A stretch of 64,000 bases of DNA from Bacteroidota bacterium (GTDB lineage Bacteria; Bacteroidota; Bacteroidia; NS11-12g; UBA955), in the NCBI GenBank assembly GCA_947496065.1, contig CANMBF010000002.1, forward strand, positions 74,788-138,787. The letters run 5' to 3'. A program made the position numbers and the translations under genes. Within the stretch, counting starts at the first letter, position 1. Each line of letters begins with the position of its first letter. The notes beneath the pieces were generated by a model. It ran no database searches and was not told the DNA's origin. It saw only the letters and a program-made list of their open reading frames with translations. Below, piece by piece: positions 26,985 to 37,356 of this stretch.

Positions 26985-28028
26985 ATGCCATTAGTTACAA
27001 TAGATGATATTCCGGTAGAGGTTCCAGAAGGAACCACTATTTTAGAAGCTGCTAGAATGATTGGCGGTGATATTGTGCCCCCTGCAATGTGCTTTCACAG
27101 TAAACTTAAAACCAGTGGAGGTTATTGCCGAACATGCATTGTGAAAGTTGAACAAGGATCGGCCAAAGATCCTCGTCCAATACCTAAACCTGTTGCAAGT
27201 TGTAGAACAACTGTGATGGATGGTATGGTGGTTCGAAACATTACTTCACCAGAGAATTTAGAAGCAAGAGCTGGTGTTGTAGAATTATTATTAATCAATC
27301 ACCCTTTGGATTGTCCTGTTTGCGATCAAGCAGGTGAATGCCATTTGCAAGATTTAGGTTATGAGCATGGCAAGGAAGCCACACGTTACGAATTTGCTAG
27401 GCGTGAATTTGAACCTACTGATATTGGTGAACATATTAAGTTGCACATGAACCGTTGTATATTATGTTATAGATGTGTGAAGGTTGCCGATCAGATTACA
27501 GATGGCCGTTGCCACGGTGTTATCAATAGAGGTGAGGTAGCTGAAATTTCTACCTATATTGAAAAAGCCATTGACAACGATTTTTCTGGCAATGTAATAG
27601 ATGTTTGCCCAGTAGGTGCTCTAACAGATAAAACCTTCCGATTTAAAAGCCGTGTTTGGTTTACCAAACCTGTCGATGCGCATAGAAATTGCGCCAAATG
27701 TTGCGGTAAGGTAAGATTGTGGTACCAAGGTGAAGAGGTACTAAGAGTAACCGCGAGAAAAGACCAATGGGGCGAAGTTGAAGACAATACCGATGGAACA
27801 ACTGCATGGATTTGCAACGAGTGCCGTTTTGATAAAAAGAACACCACAGATTGGACCATTGAAGGCCCAAGTAAAATAGATAGACATTCTGTTATTTCTG
27901 CCAATCACTACGAAACAAGTTTGAGAAATATTAAAGCTGATACCTTAAAAATGATGGGCAGTGTGCCGCACGGTGTTAAAGTTGAATTAGGTACTGGTGC
28001 ACTAGATCCAAATAATCTTCATAAATAA
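26985..28028 (+). CDS. nuoG: NADH-quinone oxidoreductase subunit G, short form (347 aa)
   Basis: N-terminal 2Fe-2S pattern (CFHS...CRTCIV...SCRT), HPLDCPVCDQAGECHLQD (N5-type) and CILCYRCVKV...DVCPVGAL (N4-type). A short Cys-containing tail follows, and the molybdopterin-like domain is absent. Confidence 0.9.
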   Translation: MPLVTIDDIPVEVPEGTTILEAARMIGGDIVPPAMCFHSKLKTSGGYCRTCIVKVEQGSAKDPRPIPKPVASCRTTVMDGMVVRNITSPENLEARAGVVELLLINHPLDCPVCDQAGECHLQDLGYEHGKEATRYEFARREFEPTDIGEHIKLHMNRCILCYRCVKVADQITDGRCHGVINRGEVAEISTYIEKAIDNDFSGNVIDVCPVGALTDKTFRFKSRVWFTKPVDAHRNCAKCCGKVRLWYQGEEVLRVTARKDQWGEVEDNTDGTTAWICNECRFDKKNTTDWTIEGPSKIDRHSVISANHYETSLRNIKADTLKMMGSVPHGVKVELGTGALDPNNLHK

Positions 28029-28052
28029 AAATAACTTACTTTCATACAATTA

Positions 28053-29090
28053 ATGGAACCTCTACTTATAAAAGTAATCATCGTTATAGTACTATTTGTT
28101 ATTACATTGCTAGTAGCTTTGTATGCCACTTTTGCTGAGCGTAAAGTTTCTGCCATCATGCAGGATAGGATTGGTCCGAACAGAGCGGGTCCTTTTGGAC
28201 TTTTGCAACCTTTGGCCGATGGCGTAAAAATGATCATGAAGGAGGAATTAATTCCTGCCTTAGCAAATAAATGGTTATTTATCATAGGGCCGTGTATTGC
28301 CTTATTAACTGCTTTAATGACAGGAGCAGTTGTGCCTTGGGGTGGCCCGATTAAAATTGGCGACCAAGTCATTACATTGCAAGTGGCCGACTTAAACATT
28401 GGTATTCTTTATATTTTCGGTGTTGTATCGATGGGTGTTTATGGCATCATGATTGGTGGATGGGCATCTAACAATAAATTCTCGTTAATAGGCGCGATTC
28501 GCGCTTCATCACAAATGATTAGTTATGAAATTGCAATGGGCTTGGCCATTATTGCTTTGGTAATGACCACTGGTACCTTAAGCTTAAACGAAATTGTCTT
28601 ACAACAAGACGAAGGTTGGGCCAATATTGTTATTCAGCCGCTTGGCTTTTTAATATTTATTATTTGTGCTTTTGCCGAAACGAACAGAGCCCCTTTTGAT
28701 TTACCTGAATGTGAAACAGAATTGGTAGGTGGATATCACACAGAGTATTCTTCGATGAAATTAGGTTTTTACTTATTTGCAGAATACATCAATATGTTTA
28801 TTTCATCTGCAGTAATTGTTTGTTTCTATTTTGGCGGTTATAATTTCCCTTTCCAACATGAATTGGCAGAGCTTTTGGGATTATCGAGCAATGCTTTGAG
28901 TATTATACAAACTGTCTTTATGTTTGGTAAAGTATTCTTCTTTATTTTCTTCTTCATGTGGGTAAGATGGACCATTCCGAGGTTTAGATACGATCAATTA
29001 ATGACGCTTGGCTGGAAGGTATTATTACCATTAGCACTGGCCAATATTTTTGTAACAGGTTTGGTAATGTGGGGCATGGGGAAAATATAG
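28053..29090 (+). CDS. nuoH: NADH-quinone oxidoreductase subunit H
   Basis: 345 aa. AERKVSAIMQDRIGPNRAGPFGLLQPLADG and AETNRAPFDLPECETELVGGYHTEYS. Confidence 0.97.
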   Translation: MEPLLIKVIIVIVLFVITLLVALYATFAERKVSAIMQDRIGPNRAGPFGLLQPLADGVKMIMKEELIPALANKWLFIIGPCIALLTALMTGAVVPWGGPIKIGDQVITLQVADLNIGILYIFGVVSMGVYGIMIGGWASNNKFSLIGAIRASSQMISYEIAMGLAIIALVMTTGTLSLNEIVLQQDEGWANIVIQPLGFLIFIICAFAETNRAPFDLPECETELVGGYHTEYSSMKLGFYLFAEYINMFISSAVIVCFYFGGYNFPFQHELAELLGLSSNALSIIQTVFMFGKVFFFIFFFMWVRWTIPRFRYDQLMTLGWKVLLPLALANIFVTGLVMWGMGKI

Positions 29091-29123
29091 ACAGGATACA
29101 GTTGGCAGTTTGCAATTTGCAGA

Positions 29124-29165
29124 TGTCATCCTTCGACTCCCGGTAGCTATCGGGACAGTATGACA
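29124..29165. other. Nested hairpin element in the nuoH-nuoI spacer
   Basis: TGTCAT...TCCCG-GTAGCTAT-CGGGA...ATGACA: an outer 6-bp and an inner 5-bp complementary pair, inside an unusually long 114-nt intra-operon gap. Confidence 0.45.
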
Positions 29166-29204
29166 ATGTAGTTTGAAATAAATAAACAAGAAAAAAGAAA
29201 AACA

Positions 29205-29807
29205 ATGTTAACGAATAAAAGTAAACAAGTTGTAAAAAGAGAAATGACGCTCATGGAGAAAGCCTATTTACCGGCTATTTTCTCTGGGATGTTTATTACC
29301 TTTAAACATATATTTATGAAAAAGGCAACGGTGCGTTATCCAGAACAAACCCGTCCTTTTGCACCCGTCTACCGAGGACAGCATGTCTTAAAGATTGATG
29401 AAGCAGGCGCAGAGCGTTGCACAGCCTGCGGGCTATGCGCAGTTGCTTGTCCAGCAGAAGCCATCACCATGGTAGCTGCCGAGCGACAAAAAGGAGAAGA
29501 GCATTTATACCGTGAAGAGAAATATGCTTCAATTTATGAAATCAATATGTTGAGATGTATCTTTTGTGGTTTGTGCGAAGAAGCTTGTCCTAAAGAAGCC
29601 ATTTTCTTAACCGATAGAATTGTTCCAAGTAGTTTCGAACGCGATGAGTTTATTTATGGCAAAGACAAATTAGTGGAAACTATCGCCCATCCAGTTGATG
29701 TTACCAAAAGACAAACACCTGCGGTTTTGGAATTCAAAAAAGACAAAAAGCACAAACACAATCTTACATTTTTGGACAAGGTAACCAAAACCTTTAGCCG
29801 TCATTAA
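29205..29807 (+). CDS. nuoI: NADH-quinone oxidoreductase subunit I (2x 4Fe-4S)
   Basis: 200 aa with CTACGLCAVACP and CIFCGLCEEACP ferredoxin motifs. Confidence 0.95.
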   Translation: MLTNKSKQVVKREMTLMEKAYLPAIFSGMFITFKHIFMKKATVRYPEQTRPFAPVYRGQHVLKIDEAGAERCTACGLCAVACPAEAITMVAAERQKGEEHLYREEKYASIYEINMLRCIFCGLCEEACPKEAIFLTDRIVPSSFERDEFIYGKDKLVETIAHPVDVTKRQTPAVLEFKKDKKHKHNLTFLDKVTKTFSRH

Positions 29808-29877
29808 TACGCTTCAAACACGTGGATATAATTTATACAAACAAACTTTCAAAAGGCCGTAATTCGCAACAAAATTC

Positions 29878-30378
29878 ATGAGCATTACACTAATTATTTT
29901 CTGGTTCCTTTCGTTCCTAGCATTAATAAGTGCAGCGATTGTCGTATTTGCTAAAAACCCTGTTCACAGTGTTTTATTTTTAATTATTACTTTTTTCGCC
30001 ATTGCGGGACATTATTTACTGCTGAGCGCCCAATTTTTAGCAGCAGTGCACATCATCGTTTATGCTGGAGCTATCATGGTTCTATTCCTCTATGTGATTA
30101 TGATGCTTAACTTAAACAAGGAAACCGAACCCCATAAAAAACCATTGATTAAATTCATTGCTGTGATTGCTGCTGGTTTGCTAATGCTTACCTTAGTTGC
30201 AGCATTCAAAGGCGCTGAAATTACAGTGGTAACAGCAGCCGATCCAAGCATTGGGTCTGTTGAAACATTAGGAAAAGTACTCTTTAAAGAATTCTTATTA
30301 CCTTTCGAAGTATCGTCTATATTATTTTTGGCAGCCATGGTTGGTGCCGTTTATTTATCAAAAAAAGATTTAAACTAA
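29878..30378 (+). CDS. nuoJ: NADH-quinone oxidoreductase subunit J
   Basis: 166 aa hydrophobic protein with [11 protein letters not shown] and [15 protein letters not shown]. Confidence 0.92.
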   Translation: MSITLIIFWFLSFLALISAAIVVFAKNPVHSVLFLIITFFAIAGHYLLLSAQFLAAVHIIVYAGAIMVLFLYVIMMLNLNKETEPHKKPLIKFIAVIAAGLLMLTLVAAFKGAEITVVTAADPSIGSVETLGKVLFKEFLLPFEVSSILFLAAMVGAVYLSKKDLN

Positions 30379-30379
30379 A

Positions 30380-30697
30380 ATGGAAGCAATCAATAGCATA
30401 CCCCTCAATTATTATATCATATTAAGTACAGCACTCTTTTGCATAGGTGCCCTAGGAGTTATGACAAGAAGAAATGCCATCATCATGTTCATGTGCATCG
30501 AATTGATGTTAAATGCTGTGAATCTATTAATGGTAGCCTTCTCAAGATATTTAGGCGACAGCAATGGACAAGTCTTTGTGTTTTTCATCATGGCGGTAGC
30601 CGCTGCTGAAGTAGCCGTTGGATTGGCCATTTTGATAATGATTTATAGAAATGCAAACACTTCGGATACCGAAGTTTTAAATGAATTAAAATGGTAA
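30380..30697 (+). CDS. nuoK: NADH-quinone oxidoreductase subunit K
   Basis: 105 aa and 3 TM, with [10 protein letters not shown] and [11 protein letters not shown]. Starts 1 nt after the nuoJ stop. Confidence 0.95.
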   Translation: MEAINSIPLNYYIILSTALFCIGALGVMTRRNAIIMFMCIELMLNAVNLLMVAFSRYLGDSNGQVFVFFIMAVAAAEVAVGLAILIMIYRNANTSDTEVLNELKW

Positions 30698-30725
30698 ATA
30701 ATTTTATAGAAAAGACAATAACACA

Positions 30726-32627
30726 ATGGAACAACTCGTAAAATTAATTATCCTTTTTCCCTTATTAAGTTTCGCACTAATAGGATTATTGAACAGACGT
30801 CTTACTAAAAAGCACACGGCCATCTTTGCCTGTACCGGTGTATTTCTAAGTTTTGTAGATTCTTTGCTTATATTTTTCTCTCAAGCTTCGCACCACCATC
30901 CTGTTGAAGTGAAATTATTTGAATGGATATCGGCTGGTAGCTTTAAGGCTTCCTTCTCTTTCTTATCAGATCCATTATCTTCTATTTTCTTGCTTGTTAT
31001 TACTGGTGTTGGATTCCTTATTCATATTTTTTCTGTGGGTTATATGAAAGATGATGATGGTTTCAGAAGATTTTTTGCCTACCTCAATTTGTTTATTTTC
31101 TTTATGCTAATATTAGTATTAGGCAATAATTTCTTAGTAATGTTTATTGGTTGGGAAGGTGTAGGATTTTGTTCATACATGCTTATCGGATTTTGGTACA
31201 AAGACCATAAAAATAATGATGCTGCGAAAAAAGCTTTCGTTATGAACCGTATCGGTGACCTTGGATTCTTAATTGCCATGTGTCTTATTTTTGTTAATTA
31301 CCATACCCTAGATTACACACAATTATTTGCACCAGGTTATATCTCTAGCATTTTTGTTGACCAATCAACCCTCATATTAATTACTTGTTGTTTATTCGTT
31401 GGTGCAATGGGTAAGAGTGCGCAAATACCATTGTACACTTGGTTGCCCGATGCCATGGCCGGACCAACACCTGTATCAGCATTAATACACGCTGCCACCA
31501 TGGTAACTGCGGGTATTTATATGGTAGCAAGAACCAATATTTTATTTTCATTGACACCAGAAACCATGCAATTTGTGGCTATTATTGGCAGTGCAACCGC
31601 TTTGTTAGGTGCTTCTATTGGTTTATTCCAAAACGATATTAAAAAAGTTTTGGCTTACTCTACAGTGAGTCAATTAGGGTTAATGTTTTTAGCTTTAGGT
31701 GTTGGTGCTTATAGTGCAGCAGTATTCCATGTGGTAACCCATGCTTTCTTTAAAGCTTTGTTATTCCTTGGTTCTGGTAGTGTTATCCACGCCATGGGTG
31801 GCGAACAAGATATCCGTCACATGGGAGGCTTGAAAAAGCATATGCCCATTACCTATAAAACCTTTTTAATTGGCACACTTGCCATTTCAGGCATTCCGCC
31901 ATTGGCTGGTTTCTTCAGTAAAGATTTAATACTCGCAGAAGCATTTGAATACAATCAAATTTATTTTGTGATTGGATTGTTGGTTTCTATGATGACCGCT
32001 TTCTATATGTTCCGTTTGTTGTTTTTAACTTTCCATGGTAAATTTAGAGGCACGCATGAACAAGAACACCACTTGCATGAATCACCTGCTACCATGACCG
32101 TTCCATTGGTCATACTTTCCGTTTTTGCATGCATCGCTGGATTCATAGGTTTCCCTCATGCATTAGGTGAAAGTATTGGCATTCACAATTGGTTTGATCA
32201 TTTTTTAAGTCCTGTGTTAGGTGCAACCACTGGCAAAATGGAATTAGGAACAGAGCTTATCTTAATGGGTTTAACCACTGCTATTATTGTGATAATAATT
32301 CTTATTGCTCGCAATGTTTATATTATTAAAGAAACTTTACCTGCGAATGAACATGCGCCATTGCCTGCAGGTAAAAAACTAATTTACAACAAGTATTTTG
32401 TTGATGAATTTTATACCGCAATGATTACAAAACCTTTGGATAAATTTTCACATTTCTTGCAAAATACAGTTGATCATAAATTTATTGATGGCATTGTCAA
32501 TGGTGTTGGAAAAATAACCATCAATGCTGGTCAAACCATACGACTTATTCAAAGTGGCAACATTGGCTATTATGTCATCTCTATTGTTGCTGCAATTATT
32601 TTAATGTTATCACTCTTTATTTTTTAA
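30726..32627 (+). CDS. nuoL: NADH-quinone oxidoreductase subunit L
   Basis: 633 aa antiporter-like subunit (WEGVGFCSYMLIGFW, SALIHAATMVTAGIY) with the long C-terminal helix region. Confidence 0.96.
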   Translation: MEQLVKLIILFPLLSFALIGLLNRRLTKKHTAIFACTGVFLSFVDSLLIFFSQASHHHPVEVKLFEWISAGSFKASFSFLSDPLSSIFLLVITGVGFLIHIFSVGYMKDDDGFRRFFAYLNLFIFFMLILVLGNNFLVMFIGWEGVGFCSYMLIGFWYKDHKNNDAAKKAFVMNRIGDLGFLIAMCLIFVNYHTLDYTQLFAPGYISSIFVDQSTLILITCCLFVGAMGKSAQIPLYTWLPDAMAGPTPVSALIHAATMVTAGIYMVARTNILFSLTPETMQFVAIIGSATALLGASIGLFQNDIKKVLAYSTVSQLGLMFLALGVGAYSAAVFHVVTHAFFKALLFLGSGSVIHAMGGEQDIRHMGGLKKHMPITYKTFLIGTLAISGIPPLAGFFSKDLILAEAFEYNQIYFVIGLLVSMMTAFYMFRLLFLTFHGKFRGTHEQEHHLHESPATMTVPLVILSVFACIAGFIGFPHALGESIGIHNWFDHFLSPVLGATTGKMELGTELILMGLTTAIIVIIILIARNVYIIKETLPANEHAPLPAGKKLIYNKYFVDEFYTAMITKPLDKFSHFLQNTVDHKFIDGIVNGVGKITINAGQTIRLIQSGNIGYYVISIVAAIILMLSLFIF

Positions 32628-32633
32628 GACAAC

Positions 32634-34091
32634 ATGCTGACCATATTATTACTTTTAATACCCTTATTTACAGCCATTGTTTTAATCGCTGCTGGCAATA
32701 AACTAGCGAGAACAATTGCCTTGGGTGGCGCCTTATTAGAATTAGGTGTTGCAGTAACAGCCATGCTCATGTTGCAACAAGGCAATGCTTCCGATTTATT
32801 GAATGTCAATTATCCTTGGATAGTCAGTTTAGGTATTTCCTTTAGTTTTTCTATTGATGGTATTAGCATGCTGATGGTTGTGCTTTCTGCTTTGCTTTTA
32901 CCTATTATCGTATTTTCTTCCTTTAACAAAACATACAACAATGCACATATCCTTTATGCATTAATGATGTTGATGATGACTGCTATGATTGGTGTGTTTA
33001 CAACAACCGATGGGTTTATGTTTTACATCATGTGGGAACTATCCTTAATTCCAATTTATTTTATAATACTGGTTTGGGGTGGCGACAACAGACAAAAAAT
33101 AACGTTTAAGTTTTTTATCTACACGCTTTTTGGTAGTTTGTTTATGCTATTGGCTTTGATATATGTTTACCTCCAAATACCTGAAGCGAGTAGAACTTTT
33201 GATATACAAGCCTTATACCAAGCGGGTAGATTATTATCTGTTACCGAACAAGGCCTTATATTTGCAGCCTTCTTTTTAGCCTTTGCAGTTAAAATGCCAA
33301 TCATACCATTTCACAGTTGGCAGCCGGCTACCTATTATACAGCACCAACACCAGGTGTCATGATGCTTTCAGGGATCATGGCAAAAATGGCCACCTATGG
33401 TTTAATACGTTGGGTATTACCGATGGTTCCTGCTGGTATTGCGGAGTATGGCCATTATGGCGTTACATTGTCTGTGATTAGTATTATCTATGCCTCATGT
33501 ATTTCGATTGTACAAAAAGATTTCAAATACTTGATTGCTTATGCTTCTATTGCACACATTGGTTTAATTTCGGCAGGTATATTATCGGGTAATATTCAGA
33601 GTATACAAGGTAGTTTAATAGAAATGTTAAGCCACGGTATCAATACTGTTGGTTTATTCATTGCCTATGACATTATTTACAAACGCACAGGCACTTCAGA
33701 AATGAACAAATTGGGTGGTATTCGCGCCATTGATTCAAGTTTTGCCTTCATGTTCTTCATTGTTATATTGAGCGTGGTTGCTTTACCATTCACAACTGGT
33801 TTTGTGGGCGAATTTTTATTGATACTGGGTTTGTTTACAAGTTACCCTATTGCAGGTTCAGTAGCAGGTTTAAGCATTATTTTAGGGGTCGTCTACATGT
33901 TCCGATCTTTCCAAAAAATGATGTTAGGAGAAACCTCTTCACATATTTTATCACTACCAAAGCTTGACCAGCAAGAAAAAATATCTTTAACAATCATTGT
34001 GGTTTTAATTATTGGCTTGGGTGTTTATCCAAAACCAATTTTAGATATCACAGAGAACGCAGTAACAACATTATTAGAAGGCATTAAATGA
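32634..34091 (+). CDS. nuoM: NADH-quinone oxidoreductase subunit M
   Basis: 485 aa antiporter-like subunit. Identified by operon position and conserved blocks (FHSWQP, AYASIAHIG). Confidence 0.95.
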   Translation: MLTILLLLIPLFTAIVLIAAGNKLARTIALGGALLELGVAVTAMLMLQQGNASDLLNVNYPWIVSLGISFSFSIDGISMLMVVLSALLLPIIVFSSFNKTYNNAHILYALMMLMMTAMIGVFTTTDGFMFYIMWELSLIPIYFIILVWGGDNRQKITFKFFIYTLFGSLFMLLALIYVYLQIPEASRTFDIQALYQAGRLLSVTEQGLIFAAFFLAFAVKMPIIPFHSWQPATYYTAPTPGVMMLSGIMAKMATYGLIRWVLPMVPAGIAEYGHYGVTLSVISIIYASCISIVQKDFKYLIAYASIAHIGLISAGILSGNIQSIQGSLIEMLSHGINTVGLFIAYDIIYKRTGTSEMNKLGGIRAIDSSFAFMFFIVILSVVALPFTTGFVGEFLLILGLFTSYPIAGSVAGLSIILGVVYMFRSFQKMMLGETSSHILSLPKLDQQEKISLTIIVVLIIGLGVYPKPILDITENAVTTLLEGIK

Positions 34092-35461
34092 AAGAACTAT
34101 TATTATTATCAGGACTCGGTGTAATGGCATTGGCTGCAGGTATATTTAACCTCAGAAGACTCATGATGCCAATTGTTCTTTTGGGCTTATTAGCGAACAT
34201 AGGATTATGTATTGCCGACTGGGGCTACAATGAAGTTGTATATGACATGTTGTTATTAGATAATTATGCCTTGGCCTTTACGATTGTATTTTCAATTACC
34301 ACTATCTTATGGTTTATCTCAGCCTCAGATTATTTTACAGACGATAATAATTTCTCCGATCACTTTGCTTTGGTATTGTTCATGCTTGTTGGTGGCTTTC
34401 TACTAGTTTCATATACCAATATGGTAATGTTATTCTTAGGCATTGAAATTTTATCCATTCCTTTATTTGTATTGGTAGGTAGTAATAAAACTAAAATCAA
34501 ATCCAATGAAGCGGCCTTTAAATATTTTCTATTAGGTTCATTTGCATCTGCATTTTTATTATTTGGTATTACTTTAATCTATGGCAGTACTGGCAGTTTT
34601 AACACAGCAGCCATCTCTGGTTTTATTGAGAACCATCAGGTGGCAAGTCCACTCCTTTTCGTTGGCATGCTTTTAATGTTAGCGGCTATGTCGTTTAAGG
34701 TATCGGCCGCCCCTTTCCATTTTTGGGCACCCGATGTTTACCAAGGTGCGCCAACTAATATTACTGCATTAATGGCAACTGTCGTTAAAACTGTTGCTTT
34801 TGCCGCATTCTACCGTTTGTTTAGTACTACCTTCTTGCACATGCAAAAAGAGTATCTATTCATTTTTGGTATGATCGCAGCAGCAACTTTAATTATTTCG
34901 AATATCACTGCAGCTGTGCAAACCAATGCTAAACGCATGTTGGCCTACTCAAGTATTTCTCATGCAGGTTTTATGATGGTGACCATCTTAACCATGAAGA
35001 GCAATACAGCTAATATTCTTTTGTACTATACCTTGGTTTATAGCATTTCTAGTATAGCAGCATTCAATGTTTTTAAAATGGTAAAACAACACAGCAATGG
35101 CAGCGAGGAAATAAGCGCATTCAAAGGCCTAGTTAAGCGCAATCCTTTATTGGCGGGCACCATGACCCTTGCGCTGCTTTCTATGGCTGGTATTCCACCT
35201 TTAGCAGGCTTTATTGCCAAATACTTGGTATTTACTACTGCAGTAAGTAATGGTTATATCTGGTTGGTGGTCATTGCAATCATCGCTTCATTAATTGGTG
35301 TATACTACTATTTCAAGATTATCATTCCGATGTTTGGTGAGGGCCAAGAAGCGGATGGCAAAATTGAGATTGGTTTTAGTCAAAAATTGCTATTAATGAT
35401 TTGTGCTTTGGGTATGTTATTACTATCCGTTATTCCAGATGTTGTATTGAACCTTCTGTAA
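34088..35461 (+). CDS. nuoN: NADH-quinone oxidoreductase subunit N
   Basis: 457 aa. Has an ATGA overlap with nuoM and contains PFHFWAPDVYQGAP and AYSSISHAGFM. Confidence 0.95.
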   Translation: MKELLLLSGLGVMALAAGIFNLRRLMMPIVLLGLLANIGLCIADWGYNEVVYDMLLLDNYALAFTIVFSITTILWFISASDYFTDDNNFSDHFALVLFMLVGGFLLVSYTNMVMLFLGIEILSIPLFVLVGSNKTKIKSNEAAFKYFLLGSFASAFLLFGITLIYGSTGSFNTAAISGFIENHQVASPLLFVGMLLMLAAMSFKVSAAPFHFWAPDVYQGAPTNITALMATVVKTVAFAAFYRLFSTTFLHMQKEYLFIFGMIAAATLIISNITAAVQTNAKRMLAYSSISHAGFMMVTILTMKSNTANILLYYTLVYSISSIAAFNVFKMVKQHSNGSEEISAFKGLVKRNPLLAGTMTLALLSMAGIPPLAGFIAKYLVFTTAVSNGYIWLVVIAIIASLIGVYYYFKIIIPMFGEGQEADGKIEIGFSQKLLLMICALGMLLLSVIPDVVLNLL

Positions 35462-35528
35462 TAATTTTCATTCCTTTCGTTTCGTGCTTTTTTAAAGAAA
35501 CTAATATTTTCAATTGGAAAAATATTGG

Positions 35529-35561
35529 CAAAAAAAATAGCCAAAGTAAACTTTAGCTATT
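35529..35561 (-). terminator. Candidate intrinsic terminator downstream of the HemD-like gene
   Basis: On the minus strand AATAGCTAAAGT..ACTTTGGCTATT (a ~10-12 bp stem with one mismatch) is followed by 8 T. It starts about 25 nt after the stop at 35586. Confidence 0.5.
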
Positions 35562-35585
35562 TCTAATATTTTTAAATTAACTGGC

Positions 35586-36344
35586 CTATGAATTCACCTT
35601 TTTGATGTAGGTTTCCATTGCAGAAACAATCGAAGGGAATTCCTTGGTAGGCGCTGGAATATTACATACTAAACCCTTTTCTGCTATTGCACGGTGCGTG
35701 CTTTCACCAAAGGCTGCTAGGCGTGTTTTATTTTGTTTGAATTCAGGGAAATTCTCGTAAAGTGACTTGATATCAGCAGGACTAAAGAATACAATGATAT
35801 CATAAAATACATCCTCTAAATCGCTTAAATCTGCAGAGACTGTCTTGTACATAATACTCTCTACAAATTGCAATTTATTTTTCTCAAAGAAATCTGGTAT
35901 GGTAGATTTTCTAATATCAGAACAAGGGAATAAAAACTTTTCAGTTTTGTGATTTAAAATTAGATTGAAGAAGTCGCTTTCTAAATTGGTTTTAGGGAAA
36001 AATACTTTACGCTTGCGCATAACCGTATATTTCTGGATGTATAAACCAATGCCTTCGTTCATACAGAAGTATTTCAAATCGATCGGTAAATCAATTCTTA
36101 ATTCTTCAACCACACGAAAGAAATGATCAACTGCATTTTTAGCATTAAAAATAATGGCAGAATGAGACAGAATGTTTAATTTCTTTCGTCTTAAATCTTT
36201 GCCTGGTATTGGATCAACCTGAATAAATGACCTGTAGTCCACTTTAAGTTTTAGCTTAGCTGCAACATCATCAAATATTGATTTCCCACTCTCGGGTTTG
36301 TTTTGCGATACAAGGATCGTTTTTACTTTTGCCTCTTTCTCCAT
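35586..36344 (-). CDS. Uroporphyrinogen-III synthase (HemD/HEM4) family protein
   Basis: 252 aa with the two-lobe HemD-like pattern: ILVSQ...; AIIFNAKNAVDHFF; DIIVFFSPADIKSLY; AAFGESTHRAIAEKG. Whether it acts in tetrapyrrole synthesis is not established here. Confidence 0.65.
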   Translation of the reverse strand: MEKEAKVKTILVSQNKPESGKSIFDDVAAKLKLKVDYRSFIQVDPIPGKDLRRKKLNILSHSAIIFNAKNAVDHFFRVVEELRIDLPIDLKYFCMNEGIGLYIQKYTVMRKRKVFFPKTNLESDFFNLILNHKTEKFLFPCSDIRKSTIPDFFEKNKLQFVESIMYKTVSADLSDLEDVFYDIIVFFSPADIKSLYENFPEFKQNKTRLAAFGESTHRAIAEKGLVCNIPAPTKEFPSIVSAMETYIKKVNS

Positions 36345-37241
36345 TTAAAACAAAAAACTATTAAATGATTTAATTAATACTAATAAGGGTAGTACTTCGA
36401 AAGCACAAAGATACAAAATTAAAAATAAACTTGATTGGGTTTCAGCAAATAGTCCGGAAAAAGAGAATTTTAGTAGGCTTAAACCGTAGATTAAAAGTAA
36501 TGCAATTAATAGTATTAGTCCAACAGACTGCTGAAATTCAGTAACATTGGTAAAGTAAACGAACAAAATCAATGGCATCAATACCAAGGTGACCAAAAAG
36601 GCATTGATTCTAAAAATAATGGCATAATCCTTACTTAAACTCATTTGCTGAAAAGCAAAAGAAAATAAAAACTTCATCCATTGGTTTAAAATAAAAATAC
36701 TAATAACCCCTGCTGAAATAATAAAGGCAAGTGATAGATTATTGTATTGAATATCTTTAAAATTAACCCTTATTAAAATAAAAACACCGATGGAGAAAAC
36801 TTGGCTAATAATAAACCAAGCAAAAAATTTACTGCCTTTAAACACATCTGTTTGTGTATCATAAAACTCGCGAAAACTCAAACTACTATACCAGGCTCTA
36901 TTAATGAGAAAGTATTGTAAAGGATAACTGTACTTAAAAATAATAAGCAATAAGAGAATAAAGAAACACCAAACTAAAATAAACCAATTGTTCCTATGCC
37001 CTCTCAGCGGTGGGTTCTGCGACGCTAATAAAGATTTGCGAATGTTGGCCTTTGAATTTCTGAAGATGTTTAAATCGGTACCCTTAAATTTTTGTGGTAC
37101 CAAGGTATCTTTTGGAATTGTATCCAAATAGGCTGCAGTATCTGTCGAAATGGCAAGAGCCATTTGACCGAGGTCATCTATTAATAAACGCTCTTGTAGT
37201 TGTCTCCTAATTTTAAAATAATAGTCGATGCCACTTAGCAA
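36345..37241 (-). CDS. Polytopic membrane protein, DUF4271-like
   Basis: 298-aa ORF with ~6 predicted TM helices. Its stop abuts the HemD-like start with zero gap. The start codon at 37241 is TTG and is uncertain. Confidence 0.55.
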   Translation of the reverse strand: MLSGIDYYFKIRRQLQERLLIDDLGQMALAISTDTAAYLDTIPKDTLVPQKFKGTDLNIFRNSKANIRKSLLASQNPPLRGHRNNWFILVWCFFILLLLIIFKYSYPLQYFLINRAWYSSLSFREFYDTQTDVFKGSKFFAWFIISQVFSIGVFILIRVNFKDIQYNNLSLAFIISAGVISIFILNQWMKFLFSFAFQQMSLSKDYAIIFRINAFLVTLVLMPLILFVYFTNVTEFQQSVGLILLIALLLIYGLSLLKFSFSGLFAETQSSLFLILYLCAFEVLPLLVLIKSFNSFLF

Positions 37242-37356
37242 TGAGTCTGGAACAACAACTGTTTCTTCAAATGAAAAAATATTGGCATTACTATCCTGTT
37301 GCGCATTTATTGGTAAATGGCATAGTAAGACGAAAAACAGCGATATCAGATACTTT

